A stretch of 64,000 nt of DNA from an uncultured Pelagibacteraceae bacterium (GTDB taxonomy: Bacteria > Pseudomonadota > Alphaproteobacteria > Pelagibacterales > Pelagibacteraceae), in the NCBI GenBank assembly GCA_902535155.1, contig CACASB010000001.1, forward strand, positions 67,358-131,357. The letters run 5' to 3'. Both the position numbers and the translations under genes were made by a program. The notes under the pieces were generated by a model. That model ran no database searches, was not told the DNA's origin, and was given only the letters and a program-made list of their open reading frames with translations. This document shows, one piece after another, positions 1-9,345 of the stretch. How positions within the stretch are numbered: the stretch's first letter is position 1; each line of letters opens with the position of its first letter.

Positions 1-1957
1 ATATTCTCCTCATAATTTTTCCTGATCTTGTTTTTGGTAATCCTGGAGAAAAGTGAATTAGATCCGGAGTAGCGATTGGACCTATTTGTTTTCTAACCCA
101 TAACTTTAATTCTCTTTCCAAATCACCATCTGCTTTTTCACCTACATTGAGAGTTACGTAGCAATAAAGACCGTTACCTTTTATATCATGAGGGTATCCG
201 ACCACAGCAGCTTCAGCTACTTTTGGATGTGCAACGAAAGCACTTTCAATTTCAGCTGTACCTAAATTGTGTCCTGAAACTATTATAACATCGTCTACTC
301 TTCCTGTTATCCAATAGTAACCATCTTTATCTCTTCTACATCCATCACCAGTAAAATATTTTCCATCAAATTGAGAGAAGTAAGTTTCTATAAATCTTTT
401 ATGATCACCATAAACGGTCCTCATCTGACCTGGCCAAGATTGTGCTATACAAAGCCTACCCTGCGCTTCTCCTTTTAATACTTTTCCATTTTTATCAACT
501 ATGACAGGTTTAATACCGTAGAAAGGCTTCGTAGCAGACCCAGGTTTGAGGTCAATGGCTCCGGTTTGTGGGCTTATCAAAATACCACCAGTTTCTGTTT
601 GCCACCACGTGTCAACAATTGGACACCTGGAGTCACCCACAGTTTTATAATACCACTCCCAAGCTTCAGGATTTATTGGCTCACCAACTGTACCTAATAA
701 TTTTAAAGTTTTTCTTGAAGTTTTTTTAACAGGTTTATCTCCCTCTCTCATTAAGGCTCTAATCGCAGTTGGCGCTGTATAAAAAATATTGACCTTATAC
801 TTGTCTACAATTTGCCACCATCTAGATGAGTCAGGATATGTTGGAATTCCCTCAAACATTAAAGTCGTAGCACCATTAGCTAAAGGTCCATAAATAATAT
901 AGCTATGGCCTGTGACCCAGCCTATATCTGCAGTACACCAATAAACATCTTTTGGCTTATAATTAAAAATATATTGATGTGTCATTGATGCATAAACTAT
1001 ATAACCACCTGTGGTATGAAGAACTCCTTTAGGTTTGCCTGTTGATCCTGAAGTATACAAGATAAAAAGAGGGTCTTCTGCATTCATTTCCTCAGGTTCA
1101 CAATAAGATGAAACATTTTTTGTTATGTCGTGATACCAGACATCTCTACCATTATCCCAGTCAATATCACGACCTGTTCTTTTAACTACAACACATTTTT
1201 TAACATTTGGACAATTTATTAATGCTTCATCTGTAATAGATTTTAAAGGAATTGTTTTTCCACCCCTTATACCTTCATCAGCTGTAACCACATAGTCAGA
1301 CTCGCAATCATTGATACGTCCTGCTATACTATCAGGAGAGAAACCTCCAAAAATAATTGAGTGGATAGCACCAATTCTTGCACAAGCTAACATTGTATAA
1401 GCTAGCTCAGGTATCATTGTTAAATAAATTGTGACCCTATCTCCTTTTTGTACTCCAATTTCTTTTAAACCATTTGCAATTTTACAAACCTCGATGTGCA
1501 ACTGCTTATATGTTATTTTTTTTTGCACTTTTGGATCATCTCCTACCCACATAATTGCAGTTTTATCTTTATTATTTTTAAGGTGTCTATCTATACAATT
1601 GGCTGATGCATTTAGTGTTCCATCATAAAACCACTTAATATTCACATCTGAACTACTATATTTTACATCTTTAATTTTTGTATAAGGTTTTATCCAAGAA
1701 ATTCTTTTACCCTCTTTTCTCCAAAATCCATCATTGTCCTTTAAAGATTGACTATATTTTTTTTCATAAATATTTTTGCCTACAAGGGCTTTTTTTAACC
1801 ATTCTGATTTGACTTTGTAAATTTTTTCTGATGATTTGCTATCTTTAGTTTTTAATATTTTAACTTTTTTTTTATGTCTTGTAATTTTTCTAGATTTAGT
1901 TTTATATTTTTTTTTGACTTTTCGCTTAGTTTTTCTTTTTTTTAATTTTTTTGCCAT
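1..1957 (-). CDS. acs: Acetyl-CoA synthetase, 3' end cut by the window edge; carries a Lys/Arg-rich N-terminal extension
   Basis: Not in the ORF track; translated by hand. ATG at 1957-1955 gives [13 protein letters not shown]...; same frame contains [39 protein letters not shown] and [13 protein letters not shown] at the edge. Confidence 0.96.
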   Translation of the reverse strand, partial: MAKKLKKRKTKRKVKKKYKTKSRKITRHKKKVKILKTKDSKSSEKIYKVKSEWLKKALVGKNIYEKKYSQSLKDNDGFWRKEGKRISWIKPYTKIKDVKYSSSDVNIKWFYDGTLNASANCIDRHLKNNKDKTAIMWVGDDPKVQKKITYKQLHIEVCKIANGLKEIGVQKGDRVTIYLTMIPELAYTMLACARIGAIHSIIFGGFSPDSIAGRINDCESDYVVTADEGIRGGKTIPLKSITDEALINCPNVKKCVVVKRTGRDIDWDNGRDVWYHDITKNVSSYCEPEEMNAEDPLFILYTSGSTGKPKGVLHTTGGYIVYASMTHQYIFNYKPKDVYWCTADIGWVTGHSYIIYGPLANGATTLMFEGIPTYPDSSRWWQIVDKYKVNIFYTAPTAIRALMREGDKPVKKTSRKTLKLLGTVGEPINPEAWEWYYKTVGDSRCPIVDTWWQTETGGILISPQTGAIDLKPGSATKPFYGIKPVIVDKNGKVLKGEAQGRLCIAQSWPGQMRTVYGDHKRFIETYFSQFDGKYFTGDGCRRDKDGYYWITGRVDDVIIVSGHNLGTAEIESAFVAHPKVAEAAVVGYPHDIKGNGLYCYVTLNVGEKADGDLERELKLWVRKQIGPIATPDLIHFSPGLPKTRSGKIMRRI

Positions 1958-1960
1958 AAT

Positions 1961-2380
1961 TTATTTTTTGATATTACTCATATTATTTAAAATCTTCCAG
2001 CTTTTAGAGTCAATAGACATTACTGATAATCTGCTTTGTTTTACAAGGGGTAATTGTTTTAGATGCTCAATTTTCTTTATATTTTCTAAACTAATTGGAT
2101 TTTTTAATTTTTTTTCAAATTTAACTCTCACTGCAACAAATTTTTTCATTTTATCCGTTGGATCGATAAAGGCTTCCTTTACTACTTTTACAATGCCAAC
2201 AATTTCTTTGCCTATATTAGAATGATAAAAAAAACAGAGATCACCAGTTTTCATGTCCCTTAAATTTTTGGCCGCTTGATGATTTCTTACCCCGTCCCAA
2301 ATTGCACCTTTGGCCCCAGCTTTAAATTGTTGATCAATAGACCAAACGTCAGGTTCTGATTTAAGTAACCAATAATTCAT
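1961..2380 (-). CDS. EVE domain-containing protein
   Basis: N-terminal YWLLKSEP, WDGVRNHQA, FFYHS and RLSV motifs typical of EVE (PUA-like) proteins. Confidence 0.93.
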   Translation of the reverse strand: MNYWLLKSEPDVWSIDQQFKAGAKGAIWDGVRNHQAAKNLRDMKTGDLCFFYHSNIGKEIVGIVKVVKEAFIDPTDKMKKFVAVRVKFEKKLKNPISLENIKKIEHLKQLPLVKQSRLSVMSIDSKSWKILNNMSNIKK

Positions 2381-2436
2381 TTTTTAAGTTTCTATTATAT
2401 TTATATTATTATAAAAAATTGATAAATTAAATTTTA

Positions 2437-4413
2437 ATGGATATTAGATTAAACAAAATTTTAGATCTTATTAAAAAAAAAGATTTAATTTCTGCAAAAA
2501 GATTGTGTTATCTAGCAAAAAATCTAGAAGACAATTCTCATTTTCAAAATACATTTGGGTATTTACTCTATAAGTCTGGAGAAATAGATGAAGCTATTAA
2601 AAAATGGCAAACAACTATAAAAATAGATCCAAATTATTTTTATGCATTTAATAACTTGGGAAATGCATATGCAAAAAAAGGAGAGTTCAATAAAGCAGAG
2701 GATAATTTTAAGAAAGCAATCAAAATTAAACCTGATTATTTTGACGCTTGTTATAGTTTAGGGAATACTCAATTCAAAATGTCTAAATTTGATGAAGCAT
2801 TATTAAATTTAGATAAAGCTATAAATCTAAGACCTGGTTATGAGCCTGCTTTGAAAAGCAGAGTGATGCTTTTAAGAAAAATGAGTAGAGACAAAGAGGC
2901 TTTGGAAACATTAAATAATTTAATTTCAATAAATCCAACAGATGCCGAACTCCTTTTTTCTAAAGGTCAATTACTTTCTAACCTTGGTAGAAAGAATGAA
3001 GCTATTACTAGTTACAAAAATACATATCTTATAGATCAAAATTTCCCTTTTATCCTTGGTTATCTTGTAGAAGCAAAATTGGCTAATTGCGAATGGCAAA
3101 ATATTAATCAAGAGTTTGAAGAGATAAAAAGAAAATTAAATAAACAGGAAAAAGTTTGTCCACCTTTAATTATTTCTAATTTTTGTGACTCCCCTGACTT
3201 ACAGAGTTTAGCAGCTAAAATATGGAATAAAAAAAATGAAAGAAGTGAAATGATAGATTTTAATATTGATGAGAAGAAGGAAACAATAAATGTAGCTTAT
3301 TTTTCAGCAGATTTTAGAGATCACCCTGTAAGCCATCTTTTGACAAATATTATAGAAAAACATAATAGGTCTAAATTTAAAATATATGGTTTTTATTTTG
3401 GTTCAATGCATAATGAAAAAGATATTTATTATAATAGGATCAAAAAAGCTTTTGATAAATTTTATGAAATAAAAAATTTAAGCGATGACCATGTAATAGA
3501 ATTATGTAGGGAATTAAAAATCGATATAGCAATTGATTTAATGGTTCATACAGGAGGAACAGAGTATAGGCCAGATATTTTTGTTAAAAAATGTGCTCCA
3601 ATCCAGATTAATTTTCTTGGTTATCCAGGAACTAGCGGATCTAATCATTATGATTATATAATTGCGGACAAAACTATTATACCAGAAAAACACAAAAAAT
3701 TTTATTCAGAAAAAGTAATTTACTTACCTAACTCGTATCAACCTAGTGAACTAAATAGACCAGTATCAGAAGATAAAAGTTTCTCAAAAAAAGATTTTAA
3801 TTTGCCTGATAACAAGTTTATTTTTTGTTGCTTTAATACTCAAAAAAAATTCATACCTGAAGTTTTTGACACTTGGGCAAATATACTATCTAAGTGTGAT
3901 AAAAGTGTTTTTTGGCTAATGAATGTCGGCAAAGTAGCTGAAAATAATTTAAAGACAGAAATCGAAAAAAGGAACATTAATTCTAACAGACTTTTCTTTG
4001 CAGATAAATTACCTATCCAAGAGCACAGAGCTAGATTAAGGTTTGCTGATTTATTTTTGGATACATTTCCTTACAATGCTCACACAACATGTAACGATGC
4101 ACTCTGGGCTGGAGTTCCTGTTTTAACAATAATTGGAGACTCCTTCCCTAGTAGAGTTGCAGCAAGTATATTAAACACAAGCAATTTAAATGAACTTATT
4201 AAAAATTCTTTAAAAGAATACGAGGAAATGGCTGTAAAAATTGCTCATGATCCAGAATACTTAAAGGAGCTTAAAAATAAAATTTCAGAATTTAAAAAAA
4301 AAAATCCATTGTTTAACAGTGAATTATTTGCAAAAAATTTAGAGAAAAGTTTTGATCTTGTAGTAGATAGGTATAAAGATAATTTAAAACCTGATCATAT
4401 GATTATAGAATAA
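2437..4413 (+). CDS. TPR-repeat O-GlcNAc transferase/SPINDLY-like glycosyltransferase (GT41)
   Basis: Several N-terminal TPRs (e.g. AFNNLGNAYAKKGEFNKA) then SADFRDHPV, FLGYPGTSG, DYIIAD, DLFLDTFPYNAHTT, ALWAGVPVLT. Confidence 0.9.
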   Translation: MDIRLNKILDLIKKKDLISAKRLCYLAKNLEDNSHFQNTFGYLLYKSGEIDEAIKKWQTTIKIDPNYFYAFNNLGNAYAKKGEFNKAEDNFKKAIKIKPDYFDACYSLGNTQFKMSKFDEALLNLDKAINLRPGYEPALKSRVMLLRKMSRDKEALETLNNLISINPTDAELLFSKGQLLSNLGRKNEAITSYKNTYLIDQNFPFILGYLVEAKLANCEWQNINQEFEEIKRKLNKQEKVCPPLIISNFCDSPDLQSLAAKIWNKKNERSEMIDFNIDEKKETINVAYFSADFRDHPVSHLLTNIIEKHNRSKFKIYGFYFGSMHNEKDIYYNRIKKAFDKFYEIKNLSDDHVIELCRELKIDIAIDLMVHTGGTEYRPDIFVKKCAPIQINFLGYPGTSGSNHYDYIIADKTIIPEKHKKFYSEKVIYLPNSYQPSELNRPVSEDKSFSKKDFNLPDNKFIFCCFNTQKKFIPEVFDTWANILSKCDKSVFWLMNVGKVAENNLKTEIEKRNINSNRLFFADKLPIQEHRARLRFADLFLDTFPYNAHTTCNDALWAGVPVLTIIGDSFPSRVAASILNTSNLNELIKNSLKEYEEMAVKIAHDPEYLKELKNKISEFKKKNPLFNSELFAKNLEKSFDLVVDRYKDNLKPDHMIIE

Positions 4414-5470
4414 CTCCAGCACCTTTTAAAAATTTAGCATAAGGATCAAGAGGCCATCTGGGTTTCACACTAAAAGATAACTTACTGTATTTCTTTTTTT
4501 TATATTTTTTCAAACCTACGATTGCAATCATTGCAGCATTGTCGGTACATAATTCAGTATTAGGAAATATTGCTTTCATTTTCTTTTCTTTACATAACTG
4601 GCATATGGTTTTCCTGATTTTCTTGTTAGCACTTACTCCCCCAGCTACAATTAGATGATTTGACTTATTATCTTTCTTAAACTCTTTAATCGCAATAGTT
4701 GTTTTTTTTTTTATTATTTCAATAATCGTTTTCTGAAAAGACGCAGCAAGATCACATTTATCTTGTTTTGTTTTAATTTCTTTTTGTAATCTGAAAATTG
4801 CTGTTTTTAGTCCTGCAAATGACATATTGCATCCTCCTTTATAAAAAATTGGTTTTGGTAAATCAAATCTATTTGGATCACCGTTTAAAGCAAAATTTTC
4901 AATTTTAGGACCACCCGGAAATTTTAATCCTAAAATCTTAGCTGTTTTATCGTATGCTTCCCCCAAAGCATCATCAATCGTCGTACCAATTCTTTTATAT
5001 TTACCTAAACCTTTCACAATAAGATACTGAGTGTGTCCACCCGAGATTAACAAAAGTAAATAAGGATATTTTATATTATTTTCAAACATTGGACTCAAAG
5101 CATGACCTTCCAAATGATTTACAGCTATTAATGGTTTTTTCAAAGCTAATGATAAAGATTTTGCAAAACTAAAACCGACAGATAAACATACGACTAAACC
5201 TGGTCCTGCTGTAGCCGATATAGCGCTTATATCATTTAGTTTTACTCTGCTTTTTTTTAGAGCTTTTTTTGTAATCATTTCAATTTTCTCTAAATGACTT
5301 CTTGCTGCTAACTCAGGCACCACACCCCCAAATTTTTTATGGATCTCTTCTTGGCTTGATACAATATTAGCCAATATTTTTGGCGGTTTTGTTCCATTAT
5401 CTTGGATTATTGAAACAGCAGTCTCATCACAGCTTGTTTCTATGCCCATTATAAATATTTTTTTTTTCAT
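4403..5470 (-). CDS. tsaD: tRNA t6A threonylcarbamoyltransferase TsaD
   Basis: GIETSCDET, GGVVPELAAR, NHLEGH, SGGHT, CTDNAAMIA motifs. Confidence 0.97.
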   Translation of the reverse strand: MKKKIFIMGIETSCDETAVSIIQDNGTKPPKILANIVSSQEEIHKKFGGVVPELAARSHLEKIEMITKKALKKSRVKLNDISAISATAGPGLVVCLSVGFSFAKSLSLALKKPLIAVNHLEGHALSPMFENNIKYPYLLLLISGGHTQYLIVKGLGKYKRIGTTIDDALGEAYDKTAKILGLKFPGGPKIENFALNGDPNRFDLPKPIFYKGGCNMSFAGLKTAIFRLQKEIKTKQDKCDLAASFQKTIIEIIKKKTTIAIKEFKKDNKSNHLIVAGGVSANKKIRKTICQLCKEKKMKAIFPNTELCTDNAAMIAIVGLKKYKKKKYSKLSFSVKPRWPLDPYAKFLKGAGVIL

Positions 5471-5505
5471 AAATAATTTAATTAATATATGTAAAATTAA
5501 ATATT

Positions 5506-6417
5506 ATGAATAAAAAAAAAATAATCATAGGAGCTAGAGGAAGTAAATTAGCTATTAAATATGCTGAACTTGCTATTAGAAAAATCAAAAAATTTTATAG
5601 TGGGAAAATTGAGTTAAAAAAAATTGTCACAAAGGGAGATAGAATTTTAAACAGGAGAACCTCTGATATTGGTGGCAAAGGAGAATTTGTGAAAAATATT
5701 GAAAAAGAGTTAATTTCTAAAAAAATTGATATAGCTGTTCACTCATTGAAAGATATTCCATATGAAGAAACACCAGGTTTAAATATAAAAACATTTCTTA
5801 AAAGAAATTCGCCAAAGGAAGTACTGATAAGCAGAAACAATTTATCTTTTGAAAAGTTAAGGAAAAATTCGATTATTGGTACATCTTCTTTTAGGAGAGA
5901 ATTTCAATTAAAAAAGATGAGGCCTGACTTAAAATTCAAACTTATAAGAGGAAATATTGATAGTAGAATAAAAAAAATTTACAAAAAAAAATATGATGCA
6001 ATTATTTTAGCTAAGGCAGGTTTAAAATTTTTAAAGATGACTAGTTTAATTACACAAGAATTTGATTGTAGCAAAATTATCCCATCGGCAGGTCAGGGCA
6101 TAATTTCTCTACAATCAAGAAAAAATGATAATAAAATTAATAAACTTTTAGAAAAAATTAATGACAAAGACACAAGAATTAGAGCTACGACTGAGAGAAA
6201 AGTTTTAAAAATTTTAAAAGGTGACTGTAGTACAGCAGTTGGTATCTATTCATTCATTCAGAAAAAAAGACTTGTTTTAAAAGCTGAGCTATTTTCTGTT
6301 GATGGAAAATTTAGATATTTTTATGAATATTCCGACACACTTGGTAAAGCATTAAAAATTGGATCAATTGTTGGAAATTATTTAAAAAAAATATCTCAAG
6401 GTAAATATAAAAATTAA
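5506..6417 (+). CDS. hemC: Hydroxymethylbilane synthase
   Basis: GARGSKLA, DIAVHSLKD, GTSSFRR, RGNIDSR, GDC cofactor-binding Cys. Confidence 0.95.
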   Translation: MNKKKIIIGARGSKLAIKYAELAIRKIKKFYSGKIELKKIVTKGDRILNRRTSDIGGKGEFVKNIEKELISKKIDIAVHSLKDIPYEETPGLNIKTFLKRNSPKEVLISRNNLSFEKLRKNSIIGTSSFRREFQLKKMRPDLKFKLIRGNIDSRIKKIYKKKYDAIILAKAGLKFLKMTSLITQEFDCSKIIPSAGQGIISLQSRKNDNKINKLLEKINDKDTRIRATTERKVLKILKGDCSTAVGIYSFIQKKRLVLKAELFSVDGKFRYFYEYSDTLGKALKIGSIVGNYLKKISQGKYKN

Positions 6418-6418
6418 A

Positions 6419-7117
6419 ATGCACATTTTAATAACTCGTCAATTACAAGATTCAAAAGATTTAATTCAAAAATTAAAATCTAATGGGTTCAAAGTTTCAA
6501 ACTTACCTCTATTAAAGATCAATAAATCAGATTATAATGAAATAAAAATTAATAATCATAACGCAATCATTTTTACTAGTTCTAATGCAATTAAATTTCT
6601 AGACTTAAAGAATATTAGTAAGAATATTTTATGTTTTTGTGTTGGGTCGTATACAGAAAAAACTGCAAGGTCCAATGGTTTCCAAAATGTATTTGCAGCT
6701 GATGGCAATGTTAGAAATTTGAAAGAACTTGTACAACAAAATTTATCAGTAAAAGACAACAAAATACTTTACGTGAGTGGAGATATTGTATCATATCCTT
6801 TAGACATAGAGCTTATTTCCGAAGGGTACAATGTTGAGAGATTGATAAATTATACTGTTAAACATAACGAAATTTTAGATTTATCATTTATAGAATCTTT
6901 AAAGAAAGATATGCCAAATTTAGTCTATGTTTATTCTGAAAATAGTGCGAAAAGCTTTTTAAACTTAATTAAAAAATATGAATTAGTTGACTACTGGATG
7001 AATACTAACTTAATGTGCATTGGTGAAAAAACATCATCAGTTTTAAATGTGGTAAAATGGAAAAAAATATTTTTATTTAATCCTGGTGAAGAGGAATTTT
7101 TATTATATAAAATTTAA
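6419..7117 (+). CDS. hemD: Uroporphyrinogen-III synthase
   Basis: ILITR start, IIFTSSNAI, CVGSYT; directly follows hemC. Confidence 0.9.
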   Translation: MHILITRQLQDSKDLIQKLKSNGFKVSNLPLLKINKSDYNEIKINNHNAIIFTSSNAIKFLDLKNISKNILCFCVGSYTEKTARSNGFQNVFAADGNVRNLKELVQQNLSVKDNKILYVSGDIVSYPLDIELISEGYNVERLINYTVKHNEILDLSFIESLKKDMPNLVYVYSENSAKSFLNLIKKYELVDYWMNTNLMCIGEKTSSVLNVVKWKKIFLFNPGEEEFLLYKI

Positions 7118-7120
7118 AAT

Positions 7121-8206
7121 ATGGAAGTTTTTATTAATTTAAAAAATTTATTTCTTTCTGTTTGGGATAAAGGAATTTTAGGAATTGATATAGGTCAGAT
7201 ACTAATTGGACTAGGAATTTTTTTAATATTTCTGATTTTTAGAGGTCTAATTAGCAAACTAATTATAAAAAAACTGGAGCTTATATCTAAAAGAACAACC
7301 AACAAATTAGACGACACTTTTGTCAAAGCTATGGTAGGACCAGCACGTTTTTTACCTATAGTTTTAGGTTTTTTCTTTGCAAGTTATTATATGACGTTTG
7401 CTGAGGATACCAGATCTTTTGTAGATACTATAAACAGAACTTTAATCACGATTTTATTATTTTGGATTATTCATCAAATAATTGAACCAATTTCATATAT
7501 TTTAAGTGGATTAGATAAAATCCTTACAAGAGAATTAATAGGGTGGATAATTAAATCTTTAAAAATTCTTATATTTATTTTAGGTGCTGCTGCTGTTTTA
7601 GAATTATGGGGAATAAAAATTGGACCAATTATTGCAGGATTAGGCCTTTTTGGAGTAGCCGTTGCACTTGGAGCTCAAGATTTATTTAAAAATTTAATAT
7701 CTGGGATTTTGGTTCTGGTAGAAAAAAGATTTAAAATGGGTGATTGGATACTAGTAGAAGGCACAATTGAAGGAATTGTTGAAAAAATAGGATTTAGATC
7801 AACAACAATTAGAAAATTTGATAAATCATTAGCTATAATTCCAAATTTTCAGTTTGCTGAAAATGCCGTTATTAATGTAAGCCAAACAACTAATTGGCTC
7901 ATAAGCTGGATAATTACCTTGCAATACGACACAACAGTTGATCAGTTAAAAAATATTAGAGATCAAATTGAAAAACATATTACGGAAAATGATGACTACG
8001 ATAAAAAAGTAGGGCTCGCAGTTAGAGTAGATAAATTTTCAGACAGCTCGATAGATATGTATGTAAGATGCTTCACTAAAACTAATAGTTGGAACGAATG
8101 GCTAAAAGTAAAAGAAAAATTAGCCATTGAAATAAAGCAAATAGTTGAAAAAAATGAAGCCTCTTTTGCTTTTCCAAGTCAGTCTATCTACGTCGAAAAA
8201 AAATGA
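7121..8206 (+). CDS. Small-conductance mechanosensitive channel (MscS family)
   Basis: TM helices, GLFGVAVALGAQD, GIVEKIGFRSTTIR, FAFPSQ. Confidence 0.92.
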   Translation: MEVFINLKNLFLSVWDKGILGIDIGQILIGLGIFLIFLIFRGLISKLIIKKLELISKRTTNKLDDTFVKAMVGPARFLPIVLGFFFASYYMTFAEDTRSFVDTINRTLITILLFWIIHQIIEPISYILSGLDKILTRELIGWIIKSLKILIFILGAAAVLELWGIKIGPIIAGLGLFGVAVALGAQDLFKNLISGILVLVEKRFKMGDWILVEGTIEGIVEKIGFRSTTIRKFDKSLAIIPNFQFAENAVINVSQTTNWLISWIITLQYDTTVDQLKNIRDQIEKHITENDDYDKKVGLAVRVDKFSDSSIDMYVRCFTKTNSWNEWLKVKEKLAIEIKQIVEKNEASFAFPSQSIYVEKK

Positions 8207-8493
8207 TAGCTCTATTTTATTTATCATTACAAATTTTAAAATTATATTCTTATGTTGTTATAGCTAATGTTATTATTAGCTGGTTAGTTGCTTTTAATAT
8301 TTTAAATACTACAAATAGATTTGTTTACTTGGTCTTGGATTTTACATATAGACTAACAGAACCTTTTTTAAGAAAGATTAGAGGTTTTATACCTAATTTG
8401 GGTGCTATCGATATATCCCCTGTTATCCTTCTTTTGTTGATATGGTTTCTGGAAATGTGTATGAAACTTTATATAGCACCATTAATTTTTTAA
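8203..8493 (+). CDS. yggT: YggT family membrane protein
   Basis: ISWL...LTEPFLRKIR...GAIDISP signature. Confidence 0.9.
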   Translation: MIALFYLSLQILKLYSYVVIANVIISWLVAFNILNTTNRFVYLVLDFTYRLTEPFLRKIRGFIPNLGAIDISPVILLLLIWFLEMCMKLYIAPLIF

Positions 8494-8499
8494 TTTAGA

Positions 8500-9345
8500 A
8501 TGATTATAATAGACGGAAAAAAAACTGCTGCAGATCTGAGACTAGACCTAAAGAATGAAGTAGATAATCTAAAAAAAAAATTTAATAGAGCCCCTGGTTT
8601 ATCAGTTATACTTATCGGCGAATATGCACCAAGTAAAATTTATGTGCGTAATAAAGAAAAATCAGCATTAGAAATAGGCCTTAAGTCAGAGATTATAAAA
8701 TATCCTGAAACAGTGGATGAAAAGACTGTTTTGGATAAGATTCATGAACTTAATAAAGATGAAAATGTTTCTGGTATTTTGGTACAACTACCTCTTCCAA
8801 AACACATTAATAACAAAAAAGTTATTGATGCAATTAATCCAAATAAAGATGTAGATGGGTTTCATCCTTATAATGTAGGAAGTTTGTCTTCAGGCTATGA
8901 AAGCTCTATTCCCTGCACTCCACTTGGATGTTATTTACTTATTAAAACAATAGAACCAAATCTAAATGGAAAAAAGGCAGTAGTTTTAGGGAGATCCAAC
9001 TTAAATGGAAAACCAATGACCCAACTTTTACTAAAAGAAAATTGTACGGTAACTATTGCTCATTCAAAAACAAAAAATTTAAAAGAGGAATGTCTAAAAG
9101 CAGATATTCTTGTAGTTGCTGTAGGAGTCCCAAAATTTGTGAAAGGTGATTGGGTTAAAAAAGATTCCATTGTAATTGATGTTGGAATAAATAAAACAGA
9201 AAAGGGAATTGTTGGCGATGTAGACTTTGAGGAAGTTTCTAAAACTGTAAAAGCTATAACACCAGTACCAGGTGGGGTTGGACCGATGACAATTGCATGT
9301 TTATTAAAAAATACAATAGAATGTTTTAAAAGATCATCAGTCTAA
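8500..9345 (+). CDS. folD: Methylenetetrahydrofolate dehydrogenase/cyclohydrolase
   Basis: GILVQLPLP, KDVDGFH, PCTP, TPVPGGVGPMT. Confidence 0.97.
   Translation: MIIIDGKKTAADLRLDLKNEVDNLKKKFNRAPGLSVILIGEYAPSKIYVRNKEKSALEIGLKSEIIKYPETVDEKTVLDKIHELNKDENVSGILVQLPLPKHINNKKVIDAINPNKDVDGFHPYNVGSLSSGYESSIPCTPLGCYLLIKTIEPNLNGKKAVVLGRSNLNGKPMTQLLLKENCTVTIAHSKTKNLKEECLKADILVVAVGVPKFVKGDWVKKDSIVIDVGINKTEKGIVGDVDFEEVSKTVKAITPVPGGVGPMTIACLLKNTIECFKRSSV

Noticed and set aside
1431-2225. Plus-strand ORFs 1431-1628 and 1836-2225, the latter very hydrophobic
   Set aside because: Antisense shadows of acs and EVE; the Phe/Leu richness mirrors poly-Lys codons on the coding strand.
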